In this document: piece by piece, positions 49,834-63,936 of the stretch
Position numbering within the stretch: the first letter of the stretch is position 1
Layout: each line of letters starts with the position of its first letter
Origin: Antedon mediterranea
Taxonomy: Eukaryota > Animalia > Echinodermata
Assembly: GCF_964355755.1 (NCBI RefSeq)
Contig: NC_092671.1
Location: 1,488,001-1,552,000 of the forward strand
Length of the DNA stretch: 64,000 bases
Reading direction: 5' to 3'
Translations under genes and position numbers: made by a program
Notes under the pieces: model-generated
Told to the model about the DNA's origin: nothing
Databases searched by the model: none
Seen by the model: the letters and a program-made list of their open reading frames with translations, nothing else

Positions 49834-50075
49834 AGCATAATCAATATGTAACATTAAACACCAAAACAACATAATCAACATGTAACATTACAAACACAAT
49901 AGCATAATCAATAAGTAACATTAAACACCACAATAGCATAATCAACATGTAACATTACAAACACAATAGCATAATCAATAAGTAACATTAAACACCACAA
50001 CAACATAATCAACATGTAACATTACAAACACAATAGCATAATCAATAAGTAACATTAAACACCACAATAGCATAA
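49834..50075. repeat. Alternating 34/33-bp tandem units (67-bp higher-order repeat)
   Basis: agcataatcaataagtaacattaaacaccacaat alternates with agcataatcaacatgtaacattacaaacacaat. Confidence 0.9.
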
Positions 50076-50832
50076 TTAATTAATAAATTAAAATAGCATA
50101 TGTAGTTTAAAACTTCATTTCATTTTAATATTGCCTCTCATAAACTGTGTTACCCTAGCATTGTTGTTTTTTTGTAATAATTTGCATTTAATTTTAATCA
50201 TCATACATACAACAAAATAATATATTATTAAACTCTTTCATAAAATTAAATATTTTAAAATTTGTTTCTCTTTCTTTTCTTTTTTCTATAAATTTTCTGT
50301 TTTATTGCCTTTTATGAACTTTCCTGGCAATTAAAACACAAAATTTCTTATCGCATAAAATAAAATCGTGTTGTAAAATTTAAATATATATGGTTGACAT
50401 CAATTTGTTTCCCAACTGGTCTTTGTTATTCTACATATCATCTGTTCTTTGTTATCATTTTATTAAAATTAATAGCATTATTGTCGTCGTAACAATTCAC
50501 AACTTTTCTTTGTGTGAAAAAAGCTTTTCTGCTGTACAAGTGTGGATATATGAATTGCACGCAAGTTGCTTACACAGTGCCTAATAAAAGACAATCCACA
50601 GTAACAACTCCCTTGCTTGCAATCATTTTAGTTAATTAACTATTGTACAGCTGTTTATATAATTTACTTCACTTTTTATATTATTTTTATTCTAATTAAT
50701 CAATATTATAACCTGTGTGTGGCCTTAATATATTTATTAATTTTTTTTACTCAATAAATCATTTGTGTCAATATTTATAATTTTAGTAAATTATTGTTTG
50801 CAACATTTTTTACATAAGCTTTTCGCTGATCC

Positions 50833-50869
50833 TGACATGACATGACATGACATGACATGACATGACATG
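50833..50869. repeat. (TGACA)7 microsatellite
   Basis: Direct reading. Confidence 0.9.
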
Positions 50870-51536
50870 GATAAAGGGGTAGGGTACAGTATTTGATGGG
50901 AGGACATTTTTTGTTTTGCTTCTTTCTTCAGTGAACCCCACTCTACTCCGCTTCCACCCAACTTTCAAAATTGTATTGAAACCATATGTACATTGTTTGA
51001 TTTTGCTATTGCTTATAAAACAACTTTTTTTTCTCTTTAAAATCTCACTTAATTTACAGTATTTTTTCTCGATACAAAAGACACAACATTTGTATTATTA
51101 ACCATTTGGTTTCTTGAAAAACAATGATGTACTGTAGAGAACCTTTATTATACTTCCTTAGGCTAAATTACATTCCTCTGTAAAATATTAACAAAAACTT
51201 TATTGTACTTTTCAACAGCTAAATGAGTACACATTTTCTGACCACAGACCACTTAAAGCACTTAAAAACTCAGCCATAACATTTACTGTGAATTTAGACC
51301 ACAGTCAGCTGTTAACGTTACCACTCCCACAAACCACATAAATGGTCAACTCCCAAAAAGTCTGGGAGAGAGAGGAATCTTATAAGGTGATCCACCAGGG
51401 TGGAAGAAAGCAGTCACCGAATATGGCTGCATCAATTTACGAAAACTCTAGACTTCTACTAAAAAATTAATCATTGCTAGTAATTGACTTAATTTAAACT
51501 GCACTGTATTAAAAAGATTAACAGACCTGATAACAG

Positions 51537-51807
51537 TCATTATTATCATCATCATCATCATCTTTATCTTTACCATCATAGGCTATACACAAAATGTGTG
51601 TACACATCATCATTATCATCTTTATCTTTACCATCATAGACTATACACATCATCATTATCATCTTTATCTTTACCATCATAGACTATATACATCATCATT
51701 ATCATCTTTATCTTTACCATCATAGACTATACACATCATCATTATCATCTTTATCTTTACCATCATAGGCTATACACATCATCATTATCATCTTTATCTT
51801 TACCATC
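51537..51807. repeat. 43-bp tandem repeat, ~5-6 units
   Basis: catcatcattatcatctttatctttaccatcatagactataca. Confidence 0.93.
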
Positions 51808-54800
51808 GACAGTAGCTTGATTTCTAGTCGAAAATAGAATGGTTGGATTTCATGTTCAATGTGATATATGTCGCGTTGTCCATTCAAGCATGACGATAAA
51901 ACATGTGTGTTTTCTTATTACCCATGATTCATTGCAGTTGCTTCTTCAAATAAAAAACATCTAATTGACACGATGTGTGCATTTAATGTAAACGCATGAA
52001 CAAGTAATCAAAGAAGTTGCATGCTTCAATGACCTCATTATGTATACATGACTGATTCACTAATGACACGCTTTTGAAGTGTTCGAGATAGATTTCGTAT
52101 CTGTCACCTAATTTTGACACGTCTAATTTTTGCTTTGTACGTTGTACTTTGACAGGTTGCGGAAAGAAAACAAAAGATTTTGGAATGTCGTCAGTTTTAC
52201 GTGGATGGCGAGGTGTCGGGATGATAAAGAACATAGTAACATCTTCTGGTGTTGATGATGGCTAATTAGTGTGATGATGCAATTTAAGCATCTTTGAGAG
52301 ATGGTATGAAAAGCCACAAAAGATTCTTTGTTCTGTTATCACTTGGTAATTTGTGATACACAATTGTATTAAAAAAAAATCATGATAAAATTATTTTGGA
52401 AAAATTATAATAAATATGATCATTCATTCATTCAATCTTATTTCGGAATCTCTGGTCCATAGAATTACACTGATAATGATTTTTGTTATAACAAATGATG
52501 AACAAAGATGTCTTACAAATTAATTATCATAATATGAGGATGTCATTAGCATAACCTTTAAGAATTACTTAATGAATCTGGAATAAACACAAACTTATGA
52601 CTAGATTTTGCCATCACTAGATTCTTTCTTCAATCTTGTTCTCTATTATAATATTGGGAAGCTACTTCTTTGGATGTCAGTATATTTAACAATTTAAATA
52701 TATAAAGCCTGTTACCACTGCGGACCACATTAGAAATATGTTTTTACATTCTTAATACACTTTTTTTTTAACATAAATAAAATGATGAAATAATTTTACA
52801 ATACTGCTAAAATAATAATAAGTGCCGCCAGTGCATTAATAAAGATATAATAATATTAAAGAAACATATGGGGATATTGCTGTCACAGTACTTTTAATAT
52901 TATTCCTCCAACAAAAGAACATTGTTGAAAACAAAAGAATTAAAAATATATAATTCTTGTTAATCTAGATATCTCTATGGAACTTAATTTGCTACTCAAT
53001 GGCAAGGTTGCCCTAGGCTTGTTGCCACGTTGTACATCAAAGAGCCGTACCGAATTTCATTCTTAATTATGGATTTTTCACTCAAGTGTGTTTCTGTTGT
53101 CAAAATAATGAAATCCTTGTGATGTGATGTGATGTGATGAATTTTATCTTATTTTTATATCTTTTCTGTTCTCAAATTTAGTTAATCAGAGCACAGAATT
53201 ATTATTTTTAGAAATATAATAATTTTATCAACTGCATTTATGGGATACTATACTAGTGGAATTGTACATATTATCGTCTCTTTAACTTCAGTAACTTGAG
53301 TTTATTTCTCAGCAACTAGAATAAAGGCTCTATGTTTTAAACTTATTAACACCTGGACAAATTATTATCATTTTAAAACCATTAAAGGTATAATGATTGA
53401 CAATCAAGGGTACATATTCTAAATACATAACATTTATACTTATTAAACAGATTACTAACTTTTACACATTTCCTCTCGGACAAACATTTGACAGCCCTCT
53501 GTACAAGAATATAATAAATCAATAATAAAGCATTTATTATAGCTGTACAATAGAAAAAGATCGCCTGTTAATAATGCTTAAAAACAAAAAAATATACATA
53601 AAAATTGACTAAACGTGTAAAATTAATAATAAACCTTTTATGGACAAATGTTGTAAGGTTGGCAGCTTGTGACAGACCTCTGTAAGATTATAATAAATCA
53701 ATTATAAAGCATACATCATAGCTATAGACAATAGAAAAAGATGCATAAAAAGAAAAAGTATACTAAATATCATCTAATTGTGTAATAATAATCCATGTTG
53801 AGGAAAAATGTTATAAAGGTTGGCAGCATGTGGTAGACCTTACTTATTGAGAATTCTTAAAATTTATATCTTTCGATCAATTATTACGCTACTGTGGAAT
53901 TTCCCTAAGCTATACTCATTTGACACGGCTCACAAACAATCCATTTAGTAAATCTTGCTCTCATTGTACGAGCATTTTCTTGCGTTGCTATGGAAGTCTA
54001 GATGTTAGAAATAGTAGTATTCATCCTCAGGCTTTGCTCGCATACTTGGCTTGTGTCCAAAAGGTCATAGTTCAACTGAGTCTGTCTAGAAATGTGCGGA
54101 TGTTCATTATTCATGATTATTACATTCGCAACTGGCATTTTCTTTCATGATAATTTCTAGTACATTGATTTCAAAGGTTAGTTGCATTGCATGTGTAACT
54201 TTTATCTTCAAATCTTATCATCTGATTAAAACAATATTTTGATGGTTAAGCAAAATACTTAATCTCTAATTACTTTACCATTCAAATTTTAGAAAATAAA
54301 AGAAATTTATGAATATAAATTATGATGATATTCATATTTCGTGACAACAAATTTATATTAGTCAAGATTTCCGATAAATAATTAATTAAAATTAATTATT
54401 ATTAATTGATGGGATCACTGCATAATAATTTATCATTTATAGATATTGAAAATGACACTATTGATAAGTATATCAAAGTAAGTAAATCCTCTTTTTCTGC
54501 TTTCATTGTAATACTTTTCATAATTACAGTACAACCCTTTTTATGACACCTATTTAGGAGACAACCCAAGTAAAAGGACATCTTGTCATGAAACGAATGA
54601 GGGGCAATATATGTTTTAACACTATTGCCAATCCCATTTAGAGAACATTTCTATTAGTGGAAACTTAGTTGGGTCCTGATGGTGTCTTTGTCCCTTTAAT
54701 GCGGGTTCTAAAGTATTCCACATTTACTGTTATATTTATTATTATTTATATGCAAATAATTATCTCATGAATATCATTACCAACATCTGTTGCAAGGTGA

Positions 54801-56717
54801 TCTCGTCCTTCAGTTTGAACATTAAGCTCTTGATCCTCTATCAAGATGCTATAAATTTTGTTTATTAATGTGAAATCGTGTCATTCATTGTGTGCAATTT
54901 GATTTATCTATTCTATGATTTTGTAAGAGTTATTATATATATTATTACAATAGATTTTATAATGGAGGAATAATATCTTGAGTTGAGTTTTAATATATCT
55001 GGAACTTTTATGCCAATATATATATTAATTAAAGCACATATAAAATAATTGTATAATAGTATTATTAGTATGATTTTCAAAATTGCAATACTAGTTGGCC
55101 TAATCATTATATACTACCAAGCCTATAACCAGGATTTTTAAATGAAGGTTTTTCTTCCTCTAAAATTCACTTTTCCTACTACTGTATGGTTAAAAATTAT
55201 AATTTAATTATAGGTATGATCTGATTTTCTTTTTTTAACATTCAATGCTGTTTGATTGACCACTAAAATATAAGCAAACCAATCCATCAATTCATGTTTT
55301 CCTCAATTATAAAATATTAAAAGAAACCAAATGCAGCTAATTATTAGTGACCGTGAGAATTTTGTTTTAATTGCAAAGTAATTAAGCTTCATCTCTGTCA
55401 TTGGTAAGGATTTAGCTACCAGGATTTCTGTTATCATTTTGCCACTAATGGATCCTAGGATATTTGTGTTGTACAAATTGCATTTTTTCATTAAATAACA
55501 GGCACATTTAAATGTAGTTATTCCAAATGATATATTCACAGATGGGGAATGTCATATCACAACATTATAACGGCTATAGTGACAAACGTTAATGTTTTTC
55601 TAAATCATAGGGTGATGTTTGCACTGTTTGCACTGGAGCACGTAATTTTAAAGAACAGCAAAGAATACTCCTGATTGACAAACAAATAAACATAAAACAA
55701 TTTGTTAAATAAAATATGTTGTGTTTTGCTATTATCGTTATGTCAAACAATAAAATCAATGAATAAGGAATTACAGAATTTCAATTTCAATATTTTTTTT
55801 TCCAAGAAATAAATGAATAGGTATCGTTGTTTGGAAACCTTGTGGCATTAAATTAGTAGTACTAGTAGCCACAAAAAAGGCATTGAACATTCCAAGAGAG
55901 GACAGTAGTAATATACAACTGACATTATGTTTATAACAACAAACACATCAATGACAAATGAGAACTCAATCTGCTTAATTACACAAGAGTTCATTATGTG
56001 ATTTGAATTCTTTAGTTCTTGTTTAGAACCTTGATACATCTTGTATCCCTCTTTCACATCGTGGGACTGTGGAGGTCTTTTGTAAGGGCTCAGTCCTAAT
56101 CGTGATTTGTTGAAACTCTGGACACAAAAGGGAAAAGTAAGCGGACCGTGAGAAAGTCAATTACAGCTTTATATTATACTTGAGATTAGTGTTGTGGATA
56201 ATGAAGGTATTATGACAGGTGTATTGTCTACATCAATAGGCCTGCGTATATCTTATTCATAGTGTATCAATGTAAATCAATGTTAGATTAACAGTAGTTA
56301 AGTTGTATCTTGGTGCTCCACCTTTGATTCAGGTGTCATGGGTTCAAATCCTGTGTATTCACAACAAAACATCTCCATTGCAATAGATTTGTTCAAGGGC
56401 ATATCCAGCCTTGAAGATGAATGATGGAGACATGAATAATGACAGGGGCCACCATAAACGTGCATTTGAAATGAAACAACCTTAGTGTTGACATTCACTC
56501 GTCTACAACACTACAATCGTTTAAAGATAAACTGTTAAAACTTGATACGGTCTATGCGGTCTATGTATAAATATTGTTAATATTAAAATAAGCGATTATT
56601 ATATTTAGTGTTAGGCATCAGAAACAGGCTCATTATCTAATATTGGTCATTATTATCATCACTCTTTATTTTATTTATCATCCTCAATAGACTTCTTGTC
56701 TCATGTTCTCCTTTGTA

Positions 56718-56896
56718 TTGGACATTGGACCATTGATTTGGCATGTGTAGACCACTGGACATTGGACCATAATTTGGTATGTGTAGACCACTGGACATTG
56801 GATCATTGGGCATGTGTAGACCACTGGACATTGGATCATTGGGTGTGTGTAGACCACTGGACATTGGATCAATGGGCATGTGTAGACCAATGGACC
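56718..56896. repeat. 33-36-bp tandem repeat x~5
   Basis: tgtgtagaccactggacattggatcattgggca. Confidence 0.9.
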
Positions 56897-58190
56897 TTAT
56901 TGACAATTTAATATACGGTTTTTTTATTAATCCAACTACAAATTCTGGAGAAAAAATGATCATTCTGTGCATATTAACAGGTTGGATCTAATACCCTTCA
57001 CATTGCTTAGAAAATCTCCAAAACCATGCATGCACACCAAAACAAATAGTTGAGGTTAACAATATGAATAAATCTTAACATTAAACAGACAGAAAGAGCA
57101 AAATATACTAGGAAAACTATTATCACCAGGATAGCAATAAAGTAGTTTAAAATCTTCCTTCTGCAATTTTGTTTTTTTTATACCCATGTATGGATGCATG
57201 CAAAAGAACAATTTGTATAACAAACAAACGTACAAACTCTCCCAATATAGATTATTATAATATGCTTATTTATACATTTGTGTAATTAATGATTATTTAT
57301 AAATCAAGGAAGTAATCGTAATTATTATATAGTTGTATTATCATTTGATTTATCTCTTTATTGCTTTATAGGTTGTTGATGTATTTATGAATCTGAACTT
57401 CCTTAATGCTCTTGAAAGAGAATTTTCGGTAAAGTTGTGAGTACAATTTATTGCGAAGGAATTAAATGGAAACCATAAAATGTTTGATTTAGTTGTCTAA
57501 TAAATCATGACGACTATAATTTAATGGTGCAAAATTATTGTTAGAAAAGAATTTCAAATAAAATCGTGAACAATTATTATTATATTTATTATATATTATT
57601 TTATATTATTATAAAACTATTATGATAATAATATGTAAACATTTTTAATATTGTTTAAAGGATTACATAACAAACAAATATTAGTAAAGTTAAGTTTGCA
57701 TTTTGCCATGTGTTAATAATGTTATGAGAACATCTCAACAGTTTGGCTTTTAAGTTTCAATCGTCTTCTCTGTAACTGCACTCAGTACATGGATGGTATA
57801 AAAAAACTGATTAAAGATGACCTGGTTCCTCCTTCGCTATCATAGGATCAGGTGAATATATCATGCATGTCTAGAACATTCAAATTAGAATCAATAATAT
57901 ACTGCGAAAAGATATGTAATTGATAGCGTTGCCTATTAACAAACGTACTATGGTGAGACAAAGTAAACTGCACAATCTGCTCGCTAATATTGATGACAGA
58001 AATTCAGTCGTTGATGTGTGGCATTCATTTTACAATTCACTTATTCATAAATCATACCTAAGGATGAACACATGAAGTTTGAGATAGCTTTAAGATGAAA
58101 ACTAAAAGTATTTTAATATTTTTAGACTTTTTTTTTCACTTTTTAGACATTTAGAAATAAATAAAAATGTATTTATTCATTTTTGTTTCG

Positions 58191-58331
58191 TTAGTGATAT
58201 GGCAAAATTTGGTAGTGATATTCCTAAATATGCCCATTATGGACATGGACATGATTATGTCATATCACTACCATATTTAGGCACATCACCACCATTTAGG
58301 GCACATTTTGTTTGATAGTGTAGACAGAGCT
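58191..58331 (-). mobile_element. Harbinger-like MITE family copy (rearranged)
   Basis: Ends GTTTGATAGTGTAGACAGAGCT|TTA, with internal 'catatcactaccatatttaggcacatcac'. Confidence 0.75.
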
Positions 58332-59165
58332 TTATTCTCAGATCTGTTTTAACTGTACATTGGTGCCCAAATATATATTTTGCTCTGACGAGATCTAATA
58401 AGATAGAAACTGTACTGTCTGTAGATTGGATATTATTTTTATTAAGCGACAACGCGACAAGTTGATATTTAAAGTTAATTGACCCACATTTGATGCTTGT
58501 CTTCTCTTCACGATGACCGAGATATGTTTCTTCTTATGAATGTTATACATTTATTGGTTATTAGCTGATGTGTTTTGTTTCTATAGCAGTTTTGTTTTAC
58601 ACCAAATTATTATATCTACACGCAATATCATGAAAGTAAGAATCAGTAACCTAAATAACATAGTTTAATTAAATAATATTAATTTCCTTCGATATTATTA
58701 CATTACAAATATACATATAATGACATTAAAACAAATTATTAAAGACAATTATTTGATTACATAAATGTACACATACTGTACTAACAGATTATTGGTATAC
58801 TGTTATATACATGTTTATTATTACATTACAAATATACATGTAATGACATTAAAGAAAATTATTAAAGAAAATTATTTAATTACATAAATGTGATAGATGT
58901 ACACATACTATACTATAATATATATAACAGATTATTGGTAGTGTATATACATGTATATAATACACATCCAGTATTATAGGAAATTCTGTAATATTGTATC
59001 ATTTGGCCATTAGCCTAACCAACCTAATCATAATACAGGTGTCATATGTGATACACATATGACACTTTGTTACATAATTTGCCTATGATACCGGATGGAT
59101 GATGCAATATGTTGAGATACAGTACAGAGGATCTGGTGACCATACACATAAGAAAACAAAACTAA

Positions 59166-59297
59166 AACTCTGTCTACATTATCAAACTTGCTTGACAAAA
59201 AAAGTGTGATGTGCCCATTTATGGTAGTAATATGCCTAAATATGGTAGTGATATGACATCATCATGTCCATATATGGGCATTTTGTTAGACAGAGCT
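59166..59297. mobile_element. Harbinger-like MITE family copy
   Basis: TAA|AACTCTGTCTACATTATCAAAC ... TAGACAGAGCT|TTA. Confidence 0.8.
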
Positions 59298-59703
59298 TTA
59301 CACTATAAGAAAAAGCAAATATTATTTTTTTCTGTCCTCAACATCATTAACAACATCATCATTATCAAGTTATTGTTACCATAGTCATTATCATCACATA
59401 ATCAATATTATCATCATCGTCGTCATCACCTTTCGTTGTTTTGTCACCGTGATTACAGTTCCTATAGTAAATGTTGTTTTCATTCATTGTTTTATTATTC
59501 ATTCTAGTCAATCAGTTTAACTCTTGATATTGATTTGATTAAACACACTAAATTATGCGCTATGAATGGATCAATACAAGTCATGTGACCAATTAGCTGC
59601 ATATGGTAATTATGCAGTTGATGGTCTAGTCTGTGAGGTGTTGTTAAGTTGTGAAAAAAATAGCAAAATCTGAGTCACAACAGATAAATCATTTGGCATT
59701 ATC

Positions 59704-60165
59704 CGTTGAAGATATCATCAATGTATGATAAAAGTAAAAAAGGAAATAGAAAATGAAATAGACAAAACACAAAACCAACCTGCCCATGACAGAGGAAAAT
59801 GTCATAAAATAAAAAGATATCGTCAATGGTATATCTGATTTAGAGGAAGATAACAATCTACATGTATCATGAAAGTCAAAAAGGAAAGAGAATAGGGAAA
59901 ACAAAAAACCACCCTGCCCATGACAGAGGAAAATGACATAAAATAGATATCATCGTTGCTATATTTATTTGGGTTGCTGGTTTGTAGGGGTTGCAGACAC
60001 TTACTTGTTATGACGAATTGTTGCTGATGCAACTCCTTGACCAATTGTGTCGAATTAATAAATGAAAAATGGAAAAAAGGAAGATCAAAATCTAGATGGA
60101 TCATGAAAGTTAAAAATGAAATAGAAAATGCAATAGACAAAACACAACACCATTCTGCCCATGTC
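59704..60165. repeat. Degenerate ~120-150-bp segment repeated three times
   Basis: 'atcatgaaagt..aaa.gaaatagaaaat...gacaaaacac...ctgcccatg' recurs near 59730, 59870 and 60100. Confidence 0.6.
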
Positions 60166-60285
60166 GCAAGACAAGAGGTGTAACTGAGGATGCCTCCTTA
60201 TAAGTAATTTCTTTCTGGCTAAATAAAAACAGCCGCAATATATTAGACAAGAAACATAGCTTTAACTTTATTAACTTTATCCTAA

Positions 60286-60429
60286 AGCTCTGTCTACACT
60301 ATCAAACTAGTTTAACAACAAACAGTGTGATGTGCCAAAATATGGTAGTAATATAACATCATCATGTCCATATATGGGCACATCACATTTTTATTTTGTC
60401 ACATAAAGTTTGATAATGTAGACATAGTT
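60286..60429. mobile_element. Harbinger-like MITE family copy
   Basis: TAA|AGCTCTGTCTACACTATCAAAC ... GTTTGATAATGTAGACATAGTT. Confidence 0.85.
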
Positions 60430-61072
60430 TGGTGTTTATTGATTCTTTAAATAATAAACAAATTGTGTAATTTATTACCAATATGAGCTAATTAATCAAT
60501 AAGGGATGAATGAATAAATAATATTTATTAAATAATAAAGAATGAATTAATGAATAAATTAATAAATAAATAAATTAATTAGCTTGAATATAAAACTATT
60601 AAACCAATGAATAATTTTGTAATTAGATGGCTATGATAACAAATTATGAAACCAATGAATAAAGTAATGAACGCCATGACAAAATATTGATTAGAATATA
60701 GAATATTCTATCATAAAGGGAAAAACTCCAATATTCTATGCATAGAACAGGAGTACTACCATATTTAGAATGTAGCCTACTTTCACGATAGCCACAGGAG
60801 AAAGAAAGTAATTCATTCATGTTATTAGTTGCCAGGATGTTGTCGCAACTGTCAGCAACTATCATTTTAAGGAAGTTATCAGCTAAAATGTCCTTCTCAA
60901 GGTTGTTCACTTTTCAACAACTAGTGAAAGTTTTCCAGGGTAATATGCCAAACATTCTCTGGAAATAACAAAAGTATGTCTGAGATTCTCTACACATTAA
61001 TGTAACAGCATTTGACATACATTCTCAATCAACCATTACAATAACCTGACCCAAATATACCAGTGTGGCTTA

Positions 61073-61185
61073 AGCTATGTCTACACTATTAAACTAGTTC
61101 GACAAAAAAAAATGATATGGCCAAATATGGTATTAATATGGCCAAATATGTTAGTGATATGACTTCATCATGTCTATATATGGGC
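61073..61185 (+). mobile_element. Harbinger-like MITE family copy (partial)
   Basis: TTA|AGCTATGTCTACACTATTAAACTAG..., with internal ccaaatatg repeats. Confidence 0.75.
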
Positions 61186-61310
61186 TGTCCCATCCATCCT
61201 ACGTTGGCTCCAGGGATATTGTCAGTGGGAGTATAGGAAGTAAATCCTCTCCTGTATATCCGGCTTTCAAGGAGCTAATACTACTGACAGCCTTCAAGTA
61301 TTATTATTAT

Positions 61311-61496
61311 TCTGTGTTCACCCCAGGGTAGTTGTATCAGCCTGTTTATTACCCATGTATTAACCTGGTTCCTGTGTTCACACCAGGGTAGTTGTATCAG
61401 CCTGTTTATTACCCATGTATTAACCTGGTTCCTTTGTTCACACCAGGGTAGTTGTATCAGCCTGTTTATTACCCACGTATTAACCTGGTTCCTTTG
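61311..61496. repeat. 60-bp tandem repeat x3
   Basis: cctgtgttcacaccagggtagttgtatcagcctgtttattacccatgtattaacctggtt. Confidence 0.95.
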
Positions 61497-63799
61497 AGTG
61501 TAACAAAAATACAGATAGATTATACAATAGTTTGATGTAATCTTTCTATATGATTGTTATTTTATTTAATTTAATTTAACCATAATATGTAAAATAGTGG
61601 AGAATTGGTCTAAGCAAATGGTATAATACTATACCTACAAGAGTCAGCAGTCCCATGATCATAACTAAAATGAATATTTAATAAACAATATTTTTAGATC
61701 TGTTATTCTTTCTTCCACATTTTTATTGAATCAAGAAGTAAATAATAAATGAAATTGATTAGAAAAAAATGATGTAACAGTCTATTTTTGTTGTTGTTGT
61801 TGATTGAATGTAGATTGTATTTTTAATTTATTTTGATACTGTTAACCAACATTTAAAAAAGATTATTGCTTTTCACATTATTGGATTCTCCAAGGACCAG
61901 ATTTGCACAATTATCAGAAAAACTGCAAATGAACAAGATACATCATAATCATCAACATCCAGAGCATCTCTACCTTGATGTCATTAGCTGACTACAAGGG
62001 ATAACTCCCATTTCTCTTCATCAAGTCACTATACAACAACACTTTTTTTTCTATTGCTTGCCCATTAGGACTGTCTGTAAATGTTGAATTGATACTATCA
62101 ATGACAGACTGTTTGGACATTCAAAAGTCATTGTAGACAGTTGGTAAAAATATCCATTACCTGCTAAAGAGTCTCAATGTATAATAACAATTGCTGATTT
62201 CTATTTTCTAAGAATTGTTAATGTGTAGATATTTAAATAGTAAATAATACTCTCTAAATGGTATTTATTATCTTACCTTGAATTTAAATTAAATATTTCC
62301 AAACTAACTGACCATTAATTAAATATTTTTTGTTATGCGCTTCCAAACTAAAGCTTATGTTTCAAATTAGGATGTAATGACGTAAATACAACGTAAGTGA
62401 GTTGACCAATGACAATTGACAATTTAGATCAACCATCGCTTGTTTTTGGGTAAATTACTTGCGTTGCGCTTACATTACCAAGCGTAATACCAGTACCAGG
62501 AGAATATGGCAGCATTTATGTAGAGTGCCCTTGGTGTGTTTGGTCACGTTTCAACCTGATCATTTTTTTTAACAACATCCATTGATTAATTACTATATTT
62601 ATCTCATCACATCAGTGAATTATTAATGAAATTATAAACAAGAATATAATTCAAATGTGTCTAGAAATGTTAAAATAATGTCAGTGAATAGGGAACTATA
62701 CCCTATACCATTAGCTTTATTTTGACAGATGTACCGACTAAAATTACGACGAAAGTTACAAATTAGAATTTAAACAAAGTTCAAGTTTAAGAAAATTTGA
62801 AATGGAATATAGATCAAGAAATCATGTGCATTGGTATTTGTTGTATATTATATTAAAAACAATGTATTCATTAAAAATAGGAATATATTGTACTATCTGC
62901 AAGTAAGTAATATTTATTGCTTTCCAAGAACAGTACAATTTATAAAACAGCATAAAATATGAATGAAAATAAATAAATTGATAATATAAACATTAAACTT
63001 GAGAAATTAAACACGGAAAGTAGGGGATAATCCTTTAAGCCCAAAGGCTTGTTTCCATAGATAATAAATAAAATAAATGAAGATGATGTTTCACTTATAA
63101 ATGAATAAAGAAACACGATAAAATTAATGAATAATATGATCTGTGTATGTCATGCCCTTCATACATGTCGTTTTAAATGAAGCTCCCTGATTGGCTGAAA
63201 GTTACAGCTCACTGGCAGACAACAAAGCAAGCATCATACATCTCTACAAGTGTAGATTTTATAAATTTGAATAACCTTGGATTTAACTGATAAAACACTA
63301 TTTTAACTTGCAGATATTGATATATTTACAGGTTAGTGTTTTTCTTATTTTTGTTATATAGATTGAGTAATTAAAGGAATTAAATAGAATCAGAAATACA
63401 AACTTATTCCTAGGCCTACATCATTGTATAATTAGCCTAGACTAAGTCATAAGTTAGTGGGAGATGGTGGTGGTTTGCCTGCTTATGCTTACTATAGCAA
63501 TCAAGGCCTAGGCCTATCTAAGCTAAAAATAGAATACCTACTTCTATTAATATTAGTTTTAGCATTTATTGCAACAATAAAACTCCTTGTCATTTCTTGA
63601 TCAATTTTAATTGTAATTTGTGTAAATTTAGTGTTTTATAATTTAGATTCTATGACACAGAAATTCTGTAGGGTATACGGTTACCACCGGTCCTTTGAGA
63701 CCGCGTAGTAATGATCTCAGTTCATGGTACAGGACGTTCATGTTGTTTGGTACCAGTAGCATGGTGCAGGAGCTTACACGTTTTGTAAACACAGTGTTA

Positions 63800-63936
63800 A
63801 GCTATGTCTACAAATCAAACTTTATGTGACAAAAAATGTTATGTGCCCATATATGGACATGATGATATCATATCTCTACCATATTTGGGCATATCACACT
63901 TTTTGTTGTCAAACTAGATTGAGTATAGACAGAGCT
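63800..63936. mobile_element. Harbinger-like MITE family, complete copy with TTA TSD
   Basis: TTA|AGCTATGTCTACAAATCAAAC ... GATTGAGTATAGACAGAGCT|TTA. Confidence 0.85.

Noticed and set aside
27747-61496. Regularly spaced repeats as possible CRISPR arrays
   Set aside because: All are head-to-tail tandem repeats without unique spacers. There are no cas genes and the context is eukaryotic.
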